DNA from: Candidatus Woesearchaeota archaeon
GTDB taxonomy: Archaea; Nanobdellota; Nanobdellia; Woesearchaeales; JAGVXP01
NCBI GenBank assembly: GCA_018303725.1
Contig: JAGVXP010000050.1
Span: 13,579 to 77,578 of the forward strand
Length of the DNA: 64,000 nucleotides
Direction of reading: 5' to 3'
In this document: positions 9,776 through 20,130 of the stretch, one piece after another
How the letters are laid out: each line of letters opens with the position of its first letter
Position numbering within the stretch: the first letter of the stretch is position 1
Program-made: the position numbers and the translations under genes
The notes under the pieces: generated by a model
Seen by the model: only the letters and a program-made list of their open reading frames with translations
The model's database searches: none
Told to the model about the DNA's origin: nothing

Positions 9776-11295
9776 CAGACCACCTTAACAGACCTTAAAA
9801 ACTCCAAATTATGTGAAAACAACTCTCTAATGTCTTTTATGCCAAGCTTGAACATAGCTAGCCTGTCAATTCCCAAGCCCCAGGCTAAAACAGGGACATT
9901 TACACCTAATGGTTTTGTCATCTCTGGCCGAAATATGCCGGCTCCTCCCAACTCAATCCATCCTAGCTCTTTTGTGTAAGCATGCAACTCACAACTTGGC
10001 TCAGTAAACGGGAAATATCCTGGTACAATTTTTATTTTCTCAGCATTAGCAAATTCCCTTGCAAACATCTTCAACAAACCAAATAAATGCCTTAGATTAA
10101 GGCCTTCCTCAACAACAATGCCCTCTATCTGGTTAAAATCGGCTGAATGTGTTGCATCAACAACATCCGGCCTGAAGCATCTCACAATAGCAAAATACTT
10201 TCCAGGTATTTTTAAATTTGGGGAAGCCAATATCCTAGCTGAACAAGCTGTCCCCTGTGTCCTTAAAATATTTCTATGTGTAAGCTTAACATCAAACTTA
10301 TACTGCCATCCTTTTGAGCCTGTGCCAAAGCCATTTTCATGTGCATGTTTGATTCTGCTAACTAATTTCTCGTCTAATTTTGAATATTTTGGCTCTTTAA
10401 TAAAATAAGCAGAGTGAATGTCCCTGGCAGAATGGAACTGTGGCATGAACAATGCATCCATATCCCAGAAATTGGTTTCAACAATTGGGCCATCAATCTC
10501 TGCAAAGCCCAGTGCCAAAAACTTCTGCCTTGCCTCATCCAAAAATCTCCTGTAATGCTGTTTTTTCCCTCCAAAAACTGGCGGAACATTTATTCTGACA
10601 TCATAAGACCTGAATTTTTGTTTTTTCCATGCGCCCGTTTTTATTAACTTGGGTGTTAATCTGTCTATAACGCTCTCTTCTCTTATTCCTGCTTTTATTA
10701 TATTTTTGCCCAATTCTGTAAGCTCGGCAATTTTTGATTTTTTAAGCTCAACTTTCACTATATTTTTTCTTTTCTTTAAATTTTCCAAAGCGAATTTCTC
10801 TTCGTCCTTCAATGTCTTGATATCCGCTGGGAATTCCCTTCTCAAAAATTGCTCTTCAAAGCTTTCTTTATCCAATAGCTTCTTTCCTTGCTCTGTTATA
10901 GAAGCAACTAATTCTCTGTCTTTTTTAATAAAAATAGCTGCTTTTCCTCTCAAAACACCCAAACAGATATTTACTTCTTCTTTGCTTATTCCGCTTTTTT
11001 CTATTAGGGCAGATATCGGCAGTTCTTTTTCTTTGACTGCTGTTAAAAACCTTCTCTCTGGCAAACCAATTTTTAGATATTCCTTGCCATTAACATCCAA
11101 ATCAACAACTTCTTTCAGCTCTTCATTAATTTTTACAATATCTTTGTTCTGCAGCCACTGGAATGCCCTCATCACTTCTACTTCCTGCAAGCCGGTTTCC
11201 TTGGCAACATCAGGCAAAGAATTAACTTTATTCAGAACTGGAAGAACCTTTCTCTCCAATGGATGCAAACCGCCAATTATCTTCTCAATTTCCAT
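9775..11295 (-). CDS. pheS: Phenylalanyl-tRNA synthetase alpha subunit
   Basis: Class II motifs: FGGKKQHYRRFLDEARQKFLALGF, FDMDALFMPQFHSARD, GAGIFRPEM..GLGIDRLAM. Confidence 0.9.
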   Translation of the reverse strand: MEIEKIIGGLHPLERKVLPVLNKVNSLPDVAKETGLQEVEVMRAFQWLQNKDIVKINEELKEVVDLDVNGKEYLKIGLPERRFLTAVKEKELPISALIEKSGISKEEVNICLGVLRGKAAIFIKKDRELVASITEQGKKLLDKESFEEQFLRREFPADIKTLKDEEKFALENLKKRKNIVKVELKKSKIAELTELGKNIIKAGIREESVIDRLTPKLIKTGAWKKQKFRSYDVRINVPPVFGGKKQHYRRFLDEARQKFLALGFAEIDGPIVETNFWDMDALFMPQFHSARDIHSAYFIKEPKYSKLDEKLVSRIKHAHENGFGTGSKGWQYKFDVKLTHRNILRTQGTACSARILASPNLKIPGKYFAIVRCFRPDVVDATHSADFNQIEGIVVEEGLNLRHLFGLLKMFAREFANAEKIKIVPGYFPFTEPSCELHAYTKELGWIELGGAGIFRPEMTKPLGVNVPVLAWGLGIDRLAMFKLGIKDIRELFSHNLEFLRSVKVV

Positions 11296-11296
11296 T

Positions 11297-12106
11297 TTAA
11301 TATTTTCTTGGGTATGAGCCTAAAATCTTGAGGAAAAAATTCTTTTCAATTGCTTTAAATGCCTCCTGGATATTTTTATCATCCTTATGGCCCTGCATGT
11401 CAATAAAAAATATGTAGTCACCTAATTTTCCTTTTGAAGGCCTTGATTCTATCTTAGTCAGATTTATTTTCCTATTAGCAAACTCACCTAATAAACCATA
11501 CAATAAACCTGGTTTGTCAACTTGAGGATAAATTGCAATTGATGTCCTGTCGTAATTTGTTTTTTTGGCCTCTTCCCTGCCAATAACAATAAACCTTGTG
11601 ACATTGAACTTATTGTCTTGTATGTCTTTTTTTAAGATTTTCAGCTTGTATATATCTGCTGCTATTGATGGCACTATCGCTGCCTTTGCCGTGTCTTTAT
11701 TTTTGGATAAAATCTCTGCTGATGCCCCATTTGATGTTGTTTCTATTATTTTTGCATCGGGCAGGTTGTTTCTTATAAATTTTTCACATTGCGCGTATGT
11801 CTGCTCCTGTACATAAATTGATTTTATATCCTTCAAGCTGCCAAAAGAAACTAGATTGTGCTTTACAGGCAATATTTCCTCAGCCCCTATATTCAGCTCG
11901 AATTCCATTAATGCATCAAGAGTCAGACCGACTGTGCCTGAGACTGAGTTTTCTACAGGCACAATTCCTAACTCCGCCCTGCCGTTCTTCACGCTTTCAA
12001 AAACATCCCACACTGTCTTTTTGAATATAATATCAGCTCCTTTGCTGTATTTTAACGCTGCTTCATGGCTGAATGTTCCTTCCGGGCCCAATATCGCTAT
12101 TCTCAT
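11297..12106 (-). CDS. pheA: Prephenate dehydratase with C-terminal ACT domain
   Basis: MRIAILGPEGTFSHEAA...TRFIVIG...ESRPSK...YIFFIDMQGH is the PDT catalytic domain plus ACT regulatory domain. Confidence 0.85.
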   Translation of the reverse strand: MRIAILGPEGTFSHEAALKYSKGADIIFKKTVWDVFESVKNGRAELGIVPVENSVSGTVGLTLDALMEFELNIGAEEILPVKHNLVSFGSLKDIKSIYVQEQTYAQCEKFIRNNLPDAKIIETTSNGASAEILSKNKDTAKAAIVPSIAADIYKLKILKKDIQDNKFNVTRFIVIGREEAKKTNYDRTSIAIYPQVDKPGLLYGLLGEFANRKINLTKIESRPSKGKLGDYIFFIDMQGHKDDKNIQEAFKAIEKNFFLKILGSYPRKY

Positions 12107-12948
12107 TTTCTCTTGCCTCTCTTAACTAATTGGTCTATCAGATAGTTAGAGTATTCCTCTGCCTCTTCTTTAAACTTTCCCAAATAAGCCCCTGCTTCTT
12201 CAAAATATCTAATAAAAGCGGTTGTGTCTTTCCTTTCAATTATTTTTAAAAGCAATTGCGCATTTTTAATGTACGCTTTAAGCGCTTTTGGAGTTTCAGG
12301 ATTCATTATTTCAATATCTGCATAAAGCCTAGGGTCCTGGTTGAGTATTCTGCCTACCATATCCATCCTTAATTTATAAATTGGAGAGGAAAAATCCTGG
12401 CTTTCCCAAATGTCTAATTTCAGCTCTTTTAATGCATGGCAGATTGATATGGAGCTAAAATGCATTATTCCCTGTATCACAGACATCATCCGGTCATGGT
12501 GCTCGGCTGTTGTTATTTTTACCTTGGCGCCATTTTTAACCAGCATATCCTTCAGCCATGGCAGCCATTTCTTTGGCCTTGCCGGGCATAAAACAACAGT
12601 TTGATTTTTGATGGAACTGACTGAAGGCCCGAAAACAGGATGCATTCCAATAACAGCAGCCTTGCTGTACTTCAACATTGCCTTAACCGGCTCTTTTTTT
12701 AATGATGTAAAATCTGCCAGCAAAGCATCTTCCCTGACATAAGGCGCTATCTGCTTTATAATTTTTACAGTTATGTCAATCGGGACACAAATTATGACAA
12801 CATCACAAAGCTTAGCGCATTCTTTTGGCTTAAGCTTGGTTTTTCTGCTGGCAATAAGCACTTCACAGTTGTTTTTCTCAAAAAATTTCTTAAACCACTG
12901 GCCAAGCTTTCCTGTTCCGCCTATAATGCCTACCTTTATTTTAGCCAT
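12103..12948 (-). CDS. tyrA: Prephenate dehydrogenase
   Basis: An N-terminal Rossmann fold (VGIIGGTGKLGQWF) followed by the TyrA dimerisation/catalytic region. Confidence 0.8.
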   Translation of the reverse strand: MAKIKVGIIGGTGKLGQWFKKFFEKNNCEVLIASRKTKLKPKECAKLCDVVIICVPIDITVKIIKQIAPYVREDALLADFTSLKKEPVKAMLKYSKAAVIGMHPVFGPSVSSIKNQTVVLCPARPKKWLPWLKDMLVKNGAKVKITTAEHHDRMMSVIQGIMHFSSISICHALKELKLDIWESQDFSSPIYKLRMDMVGRILNQDPRLYADIEIMNPETPKALKAYIKNAQLLLKIIERKDTTAFIRYFEEAGAYLGKFKEEAEEYSNYLIDQLVKRGKRK

Positions 12949-12957
12949 TTTATTATC

Positions 12958-14115
12958 TCATTTTTTCTTTAAATCCATCCATTTCTTATCCAGTTTAGCC
13001 ATGGCATCATATGCTCTTGCCATATACAACCCATCCAATAAAGCAATTGCCATCATTGCTTCTGCAACTGCATATATTCTTGCAACTAGGGTTGGATCTC
13101 TCCTTGTTATTGGCTTTAATTTTTCCTCTTTCATTGTTTTCATATTTATTGAGATCTGCTCAAGGCTTATTGTTGGTGTTGGCTTTACAGCTAGCCTGGC
13201 TATTATATCCTCTCCGCTTGACATCCCGCCTAAAAAGCCGCCTGCATTATTAGTCTTGAATCTTACCTTGCCGCCAACCAAGTAAGGCTGGTCATTATTT
13301 TCAGAGCCTTTCATATTTGCAACTTTAAAGCCAGCTCCAAATTCAATTCCTTTGATGGCGCCAATTGAGCAAAGAGCATGGGCTATTGTAGCATTCAATT
13401 TATCAAAAACAGGCTCTCCTATTCCGGGCGGAAAATTATGAGCTATAATCTCCACAACGCCACCAGCAGTGTCTCCTTCTTCCTTAATCTCCAAAACTTT
13501 CTTTTCCATTTTCTTTGCTGCTTCAAAATCTGGGCAATTAATTTCATTCTTTCTGTAATTCTTTTTGATTTCATTAAAAGACATTTCTTTGGCTTTTATG
13601 CCCATACATTCTTTTGTATATGCAACTACCTCTATGCCTTCCCTTTCCAAAATAAACTTGGCAACTGCTCCTCCAGCTACTCTAGCAACTGTTTCCCTTC
13701 CTGAGCTTCTTCCTGCTCCGCACCAGTCCTGCGCTTCTCCATACTTCAAAAAGAAGTTGTATGCTGCATGGCCTGGCCTGAAAATATCTTTATACGCCCT
13801 GTACTGGTCAATATGGATTTTCTGTGTGTCAACATTATATATTATAATGCCTAAAGGAGCTCCTGTTGTTACCCCGTCCTGGCCAATTCCTGCAAATATT
13901 TCGCACTGGTCAGTTTCCTTTCTGGGTGAATTTAATTTTCCAACTCCCGGCTTTCTTTTATCAAGCTCTTTTTGTATGTATCCCTTAGTAATCTTCAAGC
14001 CAGGCGGAACTCCATCTACTATAACAGCTAATCCAGAGCCTTTCCCGATTCCATAGCTCTCTCCGCACGTTGTAACGCGAAATAATCTTCCAAATGAGTT
14101 GCCTAGCATTTTCAA
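12958..14115 (-). CDS. aroC: Chorismate synthase
   Basis: GNSFGRLFRVTTCGESYG N-terminal signature, ...GGRSSGRETV... and C-terminal motifs. Confidence 0.9.
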   Translation of the reverse strand: MKMLGNSFGRLFRVTTCGESYGIGKGSGLAVIVDGVPPGLKITKGYIQKELDKRKPGVGKLNSPRKETDQCEIFAGIGQDGVTTGAPLGIIIYNVDTQKIHIDQYRAYKDIFRPGHAAYNFFLKYGEAQDWCGAGRSSGRETVARVAGGAVAKFILEREGIEVVAYTKECMGIKAKEMSFNEIKKNYRKNEINCPDFEAAKKMEKKVLEIKEEGDTAGGVVEIIAHNFPPGIGEPVFDKLNATIAHALCSIGAIKGIEFGAGFKVANMKGSENNDQPYLVGGKVRFKTNNAGGFLGGMSSGEDIIARLAVKPTPTISLEQISINMKTMKEEKLKPITRRDPTLVARIYAVAEAMMAIALLDGLYMARAYDAMAKLDKKWMDLKKK

Positions 14116-14226
14116 TCACCTTTAATTTTGGATTTTTCTTTGGGCAACTTTCTTTTTTTCCAAAAGAAAGTTGCTGATTTAATCTATTTGCTTAATTTAT
14201 TTTTATTTTATAATAATTATTATATT

Positions 14227-15513
14227 TTATTTCCCCTCTATTTTCATATTAGCACCCAGGCTTTTCATTAATTCCAAATAGTTGGGGAATGTGACATTAA
14301 CTGCCTCTGCAGTTGTTATCTCTGTTTTTCCTCCGGCTATCATTCCTGCTAAGCTCAATGCCATGACAACCCTATGATCACTATGCCCTTTCACCTTCGC
14401 TCCGTTTAATTTGCTGTTGTGCACAATCAAGCCATCGTCCATCTCTCTTATGTCTGCTCCCATCCTCTCCAGCTCGTCATGCATTACCCTTATTCTGTCA
14501 GTCTCTTTAATCCTTGCCTGCTTGACATTATAAAGTTTTGTTGTTCCATTGGCAAAGCATCCGGCAATTGCCATGGCTGGCAAAGCATCCGGAGTTGCAT
14601 TTAAATCTAATTCACAGCCATTTAGCTCCCTGCCCTTTACCCTTATTCCGTCTCCCTCAGCTGAAATGTCAGCTCCCATCTTCTTCAAATAATCAACAAC
14701 AGCTTTATCACCTTGTGTGTCCTTTAAATCTAGGCCTTTTATTGAAACATCTGATTTTGTAATAACAGCAGCAACTATTGGAAATGCTGCAGAGCTCCAG
14801 TCAGCAGGTATGCTCTTTTCAAATGATTTGTATTTTTGCTTCCCTTTTATTTTGAAATTTGTTAAATCTGCGCTTTTCTCATATCTGATTCCCTGCTCAT
14901 CAAGCCATTTGAGTGTCATTCCTATATAGGGCTTTTCATGCATATTTGTAATAGTAATTTCGCTGTCATTTTCAAGCAAAGGGCATGCTATCAGCAAAGA
15001 TGAAACATATTGTGATGATATGCCATCAACCTCTGTCTTTCCGCCAGTCATCTTGCCTTTTATCTTAACAGGGCATTTACCGTTATTATTCTCTGATAAA
15101 GCCTCTGCGCCTAGATTGTTCAATGCCTTGAGCAGCGGCTGCATTGGCCTTGAGCGCAGGCTTTCATCGCCATCCAGAGTTACCTCTTCCTCGCACAAGG
15201 CAGCTACAATCCCGCTTACTAAGTTTGTTGATGTCCCTGAATTTGCCATATTCAACACATCTTTTGGTGTTGCTGGGTTTAAATTAAATCCTTCAACAAC
15301 CCACTCTTTCTCATTTTCCATATTTATTTTAGCGCCTAATGCTATGCAAGCATTAACAGCTGCCATTGTATCTTCTGATTTCAAAGGATTGGTTATTTTT
15401 GAAGTCCCTTCTGCCAATGACGCAAATATAACTGCCCTTATTGTATGGCTTTTAGAGCCCGGAATAGTAATCTCTCCTTTTAGTTCCTCGGTCTTATTAA
15501 CAATCAGTTTCAT
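14227..15513 (-). CDS. aroA: 3-phosphoshikimate 1-carboxyvinyltransferase (EPSP synthase)
   Basis: ITIPGSKSHTIRAVIFASLAEGTSKI, LDGDESLRSRPM, NATPDALPAMAIAGCFA. Confidence 0.9.
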   Translation of the reverse strand: MKLIVNKTEELKGEITIPGSKSHTIRAVIFASLAEGTSKITNPLKSEDTMAAVNACIALGAKINMENEKEWVVEGFNLNPATPKDVLNMANSGTSTNLVSGIVAALCEEEVTLDGDESLRSRPMQPLLKALNNLGAEALSENNNGKCPVKIKGKMTGGKTEVDGISSQYVSSLLIACPLLENDSEITITNMHEKPYIGMTLKWLDEQGIRYEKSADLTNFKIKGKQKYKSFEKSIPADWSSAAFPIVAAVITKSDVSIKGLDLKDTQGDKAVVDYLKKMGADISAEGDGIRVKGRELNGCELDLNATPDALPAMAIAGCFANGTTKLYNVKQARIKETDRIRVMHDELERMGADIREMDDGLIVHNSKLNGAKVKGHSDHRVVMALSLAGMIAGGKTEITTAEAVNVTFPNYLELMKSLGANMKIEGK

Positions 15514-16943
15514 AGCGTTTCCCTCATAATAGCCCTCATAACACCTATTGGCGCTTTTCTGCCGGTAAACAGCTCAAATTGCGCAGCTGCCTGGTTGATG
15601 AACATTTCAACACCGTTAATCACTTTACATCCATTAGCTTTCGCATCCTTCAGCAATTTAGTCATAGCGGGATTGTATACAGTATCAAAAACCACCATTT
15701 CTTTTAATAATTTATTATTTTTTACCGGTGATTCATTTACACTTGGCCGCATACCAATTGATGTTGCATTAATCAGTATATTAATGTTTTTTATCCCGCC
15801 TAGTTTATCCAACGAGCCGTATTCACAACCAAGCTCTTTGGCTAATTTTTCTGCTTTGCTTATTGTCCTGTTTAAAATTATCAATTTTCCTTTTTCCTCC
15901 TTTATCCCATAAGCAATTGCCCTTGCTGCTCCTCCTGCTCCAATGATAACTGCCTTCCTGTTTTTTATATCTGTTTTTTCTTTTATAGCTTTTACTGCGC
16001 CTATGCAGTCTGTGTTATAGCCAATTAATTTTCCTTTGGCATTTACAACAGTATTGACAGCGCCAATGTCTTTTGCTGTGGGGTCTGTTTTATCAACATA
16101 TTTTATTATCTCTCTTTTGAACGGGATTGTAACACTTAAGCCGCTGACCAAATTGCTGTAGTTTTTAATGAAATTTCCTAAATGATCAGTCAAAAAATTT
16201 ACATACACACCATCTAATTTTAATTTTTCAAATGCCCTGTTATGTACCAAAAATCCCTTTGAATACTTAACAGGATTCCCAACTAATCCAAAAATTTTTA
16301 CCTTTTTCCCTTTCAGTTTATCAATCCTATAAACATCTCTTAAAACCTTAGCTTCTATCTGCCCGGGAGCAGACTCCTTCCCTTTCTTCAGGCTGCCAAA
16401 AGTCAAAAAGCTTCCAAATAAGGGAGCTAGCACCCTGCTTGGCTCTCCTTTCTCTCCCATGCACATTGCAATTATTTTTTTATCTTTGTTTTTTCTGATT
16501 AAATCAAAAATAATGATATTGTCATTTACGCATTCAGCGAAAGTTGCTATTTTTATTATATCTGGCTTTAATTTTTCTATTTTTTTTAGTTCATTACTGA
16601 TTTCTTTTTTATTGGTTTCCTTAAAATTGTTGAATGAAACTATTGCCTTCGTATTTTTTTTGTTCTTGATTATTTTTTTGATTGTTTTTTCCCCCATTGA
16701 AATATCCAAATCGACAAAACCCGCTTTTAACTCAATTGCTTTCTCAATCAGCCTTAACCTTTTTTTTCTGTCAGTAACAATTATTTTTTTCTTTTTGCTA
16801 CCTAACAGCTTCTCCAGTTTGTTTTCATTAACATCTTTAATCAAATCCAGCCTTAACTCTATCAAATCCGCTATTTTAGAGGCTTCTCTTATATCCTTTA
16901 TAGCTTCCCTCACCTTAGAAGCGGTTATTGGGACACAAATCAT
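15510..16943 (-). CDS. aroDE: Bifunctional 3-dehydroquinate dehydratase (type I) / shikimate 5-dehydrogenase fusion
   Basis: The N-terminal half is a type I DHQase ([17 protein letters not shown]..; the catalytic-Lys region is present). The C-terminal half is shikimate DH (GAGGAARAIAYGI, NATSIGM). 477 aa. Confidence 0.85.
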   Translation of the reverse strand: MICVPITASKVREAIKDIREASKIADLIELRLDLIKDVNENKLEKLLGSKKKKIIVTDRKKRLRLIEKAIELKAGFVDLDISMGEKTIKKIIKNKKNTKAIVSFNNFKETNKKEISNELKKIEKLKPDIIKIATFAECVNDNIIIFDLIRKNKDKKIIAMCMGEKGEPSRVLAPLFGSFLTFGSLKKGKESAPGQIEAKVLRDVYRIDKLKGKKVKIFGLVGNPVKYSKGFLVHNRAFEKLKLDGVYVNFLTDHLGNFIKNYSNLVSGLSVTIPFKREIIKYVDKTDPTAKDIGAVNTVVNAKGKLIGYNTDCIGAVKAIKEKTDIKNRKAVIIGAGGAARAIAYGIKEEKGKLIILNRTISKAEKLAKELGCEYGSLDKLGGIKNINILINATSIGMRPSVNESPVKNNKLLKEMVVFDTVYNPAMTKLLKDAKANGCKVINGVEMFINQAAAQFELFTGRKAPIGVMRAIMRETL

Positions 16944-18028
16944 TTAAATTCCTCAATTGCTTCTTTAATCGTCTTTTCAGGAACGCTAATTCCGTATTCT
17001 GCTTTTCCCAGCCTGCTCAGCAAAACAAACTCAACTTTTCCTTCAACTGCTTTTTTGTCTTTTTTTAATTCATTGATTATTTTGCCAGTAGGAATATTGG
17101 GTACTTGCGTAGGCAAGCCAATACTCTCAACTAATTTCACTATCCTAAAAGCATCTCTCTTGCTTATCATTTTTATATCAGCTGATATCTTGGCAGCAAC
17201 GCACATGCCAATAGCTATTGCCTCCCCATGTGTAAATTTTTTGTAATGGGTTAAAGTTTCAATTGCATGCCCTGCTGTATGCCCAAAATTAACAATCTTC
17301 CTCAAGCCAGCTTCTTTTTCATCCCTCTCAACAATACTGCCTTTAATCTCGCAGTTCCTCTTGATAACATCCATTAATATTTTCTCGTTCCTTGCCAAAA
17401 TTTTATTCATATTCCTCTCTAAAAACACAAATAATTTTTTATCTGCGATAGCAGCATGTTTTATAACCTCAGCCATGCCGTTAAGCAGCTCTTTCTGCGG
17501 TAATTTTTTCAATAAGCTTGCATCGATATAGACTTTCTTTGGCTGGTGAAAAGCTCCGACAATATTCTTCCCGCTGGTCAAATCAACAGCCACTTTTCCG
17601 CCTATCGAGCTGTCAACATCTGCTAAAAGTGAAGTAGGAATTTGGATATAATTAATGCCCCTCATATACGAAGCAGCAACAAAGCCAGCTATATCTCCCA
17701 CAACACCTCCTCCAAGAGCAATAATAGCAGATTTTCTGTCAATGCCCAAAGCATGGGTTTTTTCCTGCAGCTGCTCAAAAACCTTCAAATTCTTGCTCTG
17801 CTCTCCCGGCTTTAAGCTAATCAGGTCTGCCTTAAGCCCGCTATTCCTGAGATTCTGCAGCAGCTTTCTGCCAAAAAGTTTCTCTATATTACTGTCTGTT
17901 ATAATCATGTATTTATTGCCCAAAGGTTTTTTCTTTAATTCACTGGGAATTTTGTTTAATAGGTTTCTGCCTATTATGATTTCATAGCTATTGTCAACTG
18001 TTTTATTCAAATTGACTTTTACCTTCAT
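16940..18028 (-). CDS. aroB: 3-dehydroquinate synthase (bacterial-type AroB)
   Basis: [43 protein letters not shown] is the NAD/metal-binding signature. Confidence 0.9.
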   Translation of the reverse strand: MKVKVNLNKTVDNSYEIIIGRNLLNKIPSELKKKPLGNKYMIITDSNIEKLFGRKLLQNLRNSGLKADLISLKPGEQSKNLKVFEQLQEKTHALGIDRKSAIIALGGGVVGDIAGFVAASYMRGINYIQIPTSLLADVDSSIGGKVAVDLTSGKNIVGAFHQPKKVYIDASLLKKLPQKELLNGMAEVIKHAAIADKKLFVFLERNMNKILARNEKILMDVIKRNCEIKGSIVERDEKEAGLRKIVNFGHTAGHAIETLTHYKKFTHGEAIAIGMCVAAKISADIKMISKRDAFRIVKLVESIGLPTQVPNIPTGKIINELKKDKKAVEGKVEFVLLSRLGKAEYGISVPEKTIKEAIEEFK

Positions 18029-19038
18029 ATGCTCCTCCCAACAGCCTTTGCAATTGGCTTTAATTCTCTCATTAAATCTGCAAAATCTTTTGGCTTCAAG
18101 CTTTGGTCACCGTCTGATACTGCTTTCTCTGGATTTGGATGCACCTCAATTATCAGGCCATCTGCTCCGCAGGCAATTGCTGCCTTGCTCATTGGCGCTA
18201 CCAAATCAATTTTACCGGTTCCATGGCTCGGGTCAACAAAAACAGGTAGATGAGATAATTTTTTGATTGCAGGCACAACATTCAAGTCGAGTGTATTTCT
18301 TGAATACTCGCAAAATGTCCTTATACCTCTCTCGCATAAAATAACATTATGATTTCCTTCTGACATTATGTATTCAGCTGACATCAAAAACTCCTTTAAT
18401 GTAGCTGAAAGCCCCCTTTTAAGCAGGACCGGCTTCCTTGATTTCCCTACTTCCTTTAGCAGCTCAAAATTCTGCATATTCCTTGCTCCAACCTGCAGTA
18501 TATCGCTGTATTTTTCAACTGCTGCAACATCCCTTGTATCCATAACCTCTGTTACAATTGGCAGGCCAGTTGCTTTCTTAGCCTCAGCCAATAATTTCAG
18601 GCCTTTATCCTCCAGCCCCTGGAAGGAATATGGGCTTGTTCTTGGCTTGAATGCTCCTCCCCTTAGCAGTTTAGCTCCTGCTTGCTTCACTGCTTTTGCC
18701 GTCTCAATTATCTGTTCTCTGCTTTCAACAGCACATGGCCCAGCTATAATAATAATACTTTTGCCGCCAATTTCAACATTGCCAACTTTTATTATGGTAT
18801 CTTCTTTCTTGAATTCCCTGCTGACCAGTTTGTAGGGCTTCATTATAGGCAGCACAGACTCAACAGAAGCTATTGCTTTTATCTGGTCCTCTTTCAAAAG
18901 CCTCTCATCACCTATTGCCCCGATAACTGTCCTTTCCACGCCTCTTGAGAGATGCGGCTTTAAGCCCATTTCCTCAATTCTTTTTGCAACATGCTGGATT
19001 TCTTTTTCCGTTGCATTTTTTTTCATTACAATTATCAT
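18025..19038 (-). CDS. aroG: DAHP synthase, type I-beta (KDO8PS-like) with N-terminal regulatory domain
   Basis: [14 protein letters not shown]...[18 protein letters not shown]...VFVDPSHG. The likely start is the ATG at 19038, preceded by GGAGGAAG. Confidence 0.85.
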   Translation of the reverse strand: MIIVMKKNATEKEIQHVAKRIEEMGLKPHLSRGVERTVIGAIGDERLLKEDQIKAIASVESVLPIMKPYKLVSREFKKEDTIIKVGNVEIGGKSIIIIAGPCAVESREQIIETAKAVKQAGAKLLRGGAFKPRTSPYSFQGLEDKGLKLLAEAKKATGLPIVTEVMDTRDVAAVEKYSDILQVGARNMQNFELLKEVGKSRKPVLLKRGLSATLKEFLMSAEYIMSEGNHNVILCERGIRTFCEYSRNTLDLNVVPAIKKLSHLPVFVDPSHGTGKIDLVAPMSKAAIACGADGLIIEVHPNPEKAVSDGDQSLKPKDFADLMRELKPIAKAVGRSI

Positions 19039-19154
19039 TTTTTCTTCCTCCAAAAAATTTATTTTTTGCGAGGTACAACAAAATCCTTCGGATTTTGTGT
19101 ACAAGAAATGCTAATGGCATTTCTACGTACCAGAAATTGCTTTGCAATTTCTCA

Positions 19155-20126
19155 CTACCTCCCTAAAACTTTTTTAACAGCTTTAACAATATCATCAGCC
19201 AATAAGCCATATTTTTTCATCAGCTCATCAGCAGGCCCTGATTCCCCGAATGTGTCCATGACAGCAACCGGCTCTATAGGCACAGGGTTGTTTGATGATA
19301 ATAACTCTGAAATTGCTCCAAACAGCCCTCCATTAACCTGGTGCTCTTCTGCTGTTACAGCTGCCTTCGTTTTTTTCACTGATTTTATTATTTCAGCCTT
19401 GTCTAAAGGTTTTATTGTGTGGCAATTGATAACTTCTGCGTCAATGCCCTCTTTTTCCAAAATTTCAGCAGCAAGCAGTGCCTGGTAGGTCATAATCCCG
19501 CAAGCAATAATTGTTATGTCTTTCCCTTCCCTGAATATTTGGGCTTTGCCTATTTTAAACGGTGTTTTTTCAGTTGTAAACATAGGCACTTTTGCCCTGC
19601 TTACCCTGATATAAACCGGGCCATTGGTTTTTGCTGCCTCTATTGTTGCTTTTGTAGCTTCAAGTGAGTCTGCTGGTACAATCACAATCATATTAGGTAT
19701 GCATCTTGTTGTTGCAATATCCTCCAATGCCTGGTGTGTTGCTCCATCTTCTCCTGTTGTTATTCCTGCATGTGACCCCAGGATTTTTACATTTGCATTT
19801 GAATATGCAATTGAAACCCTTATCTGCTCCCAGTTTCTTCCTGGATTGAATGCTGAAAATGAGCATGCAAATGGGATTTTCCCGGTGAATGCCAGGCCAG
19901 CTGCAACACCAGCCATGTTCTGCTCTGAAACCCCGCATTCAATGAACCTGTCAGGAAACTCTTTTTTAAACCATTCAACCCTTGTTGAATCGGCAAGATC
20001 TGCTGTTAATGCTACAACGTTTTTGTTTGTTTTTCCTAATTTTAATAAGCCTTTTCCAAAGCCGTCTCTTGATGCCTCTTTGTCAGCTTTTTTCAGCTCT
20101 TTTGCTAAAGTTGGATTTATTTTCAT
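19155..20126 (-). CDS. tktB: Transketolase, C-terminal (pyrimidine-binding) subunit
   Basis: FIECGVSEQNMAGVAAGLAFTGKIPF and the C-terminal domain. Split tkt is typical for archaea. Confidence 0.9.
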   Translation of the reverse strand: MKINPTLAKELKKADKEASRDGFGKGLLKLGKTNKNVVALTADLADSTRVEWFKKEFPDRFIECGVSEQNMAGVAAGLAFTGKIPFACSFSAFNPGRNWEQIRVSIAYSNANVKILGSHAGITTGEDGATHQALEDIATTRCIPNMIVIVPADSLEATKATIEAAKTNGPVYIRVSRAKVPMFTTEKTPFKIGKAQIFREGKDITIIACGIMTYQALLAAEILEKEGIDAEVINCHTIKPLDKAEIIKSVKKTKAAVTAEEHQVNGGLFGAISELLSSNNPVPIEPVAVMDTFGESGPADELMKKYGLLADDIVKAVKKVLGR

Positions 20127-20130
20127 TTTT

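Noticed and set aside
10649-11317. 222-aa ORF antisense to pheS, and similar long antisense ORFs (for example 13565-14056, 15020-15529, 16459-16947, 19624-20142, 21351-21989, 24271-24792, 57780-58439, 59298-59756)
   Set aside because: All lie opposite well-supported conserved genes and have a Ser/Leu/Phe-rich low-complexity composition typical of reverse-strand readings of AT-rich coding sequence. No independent support.
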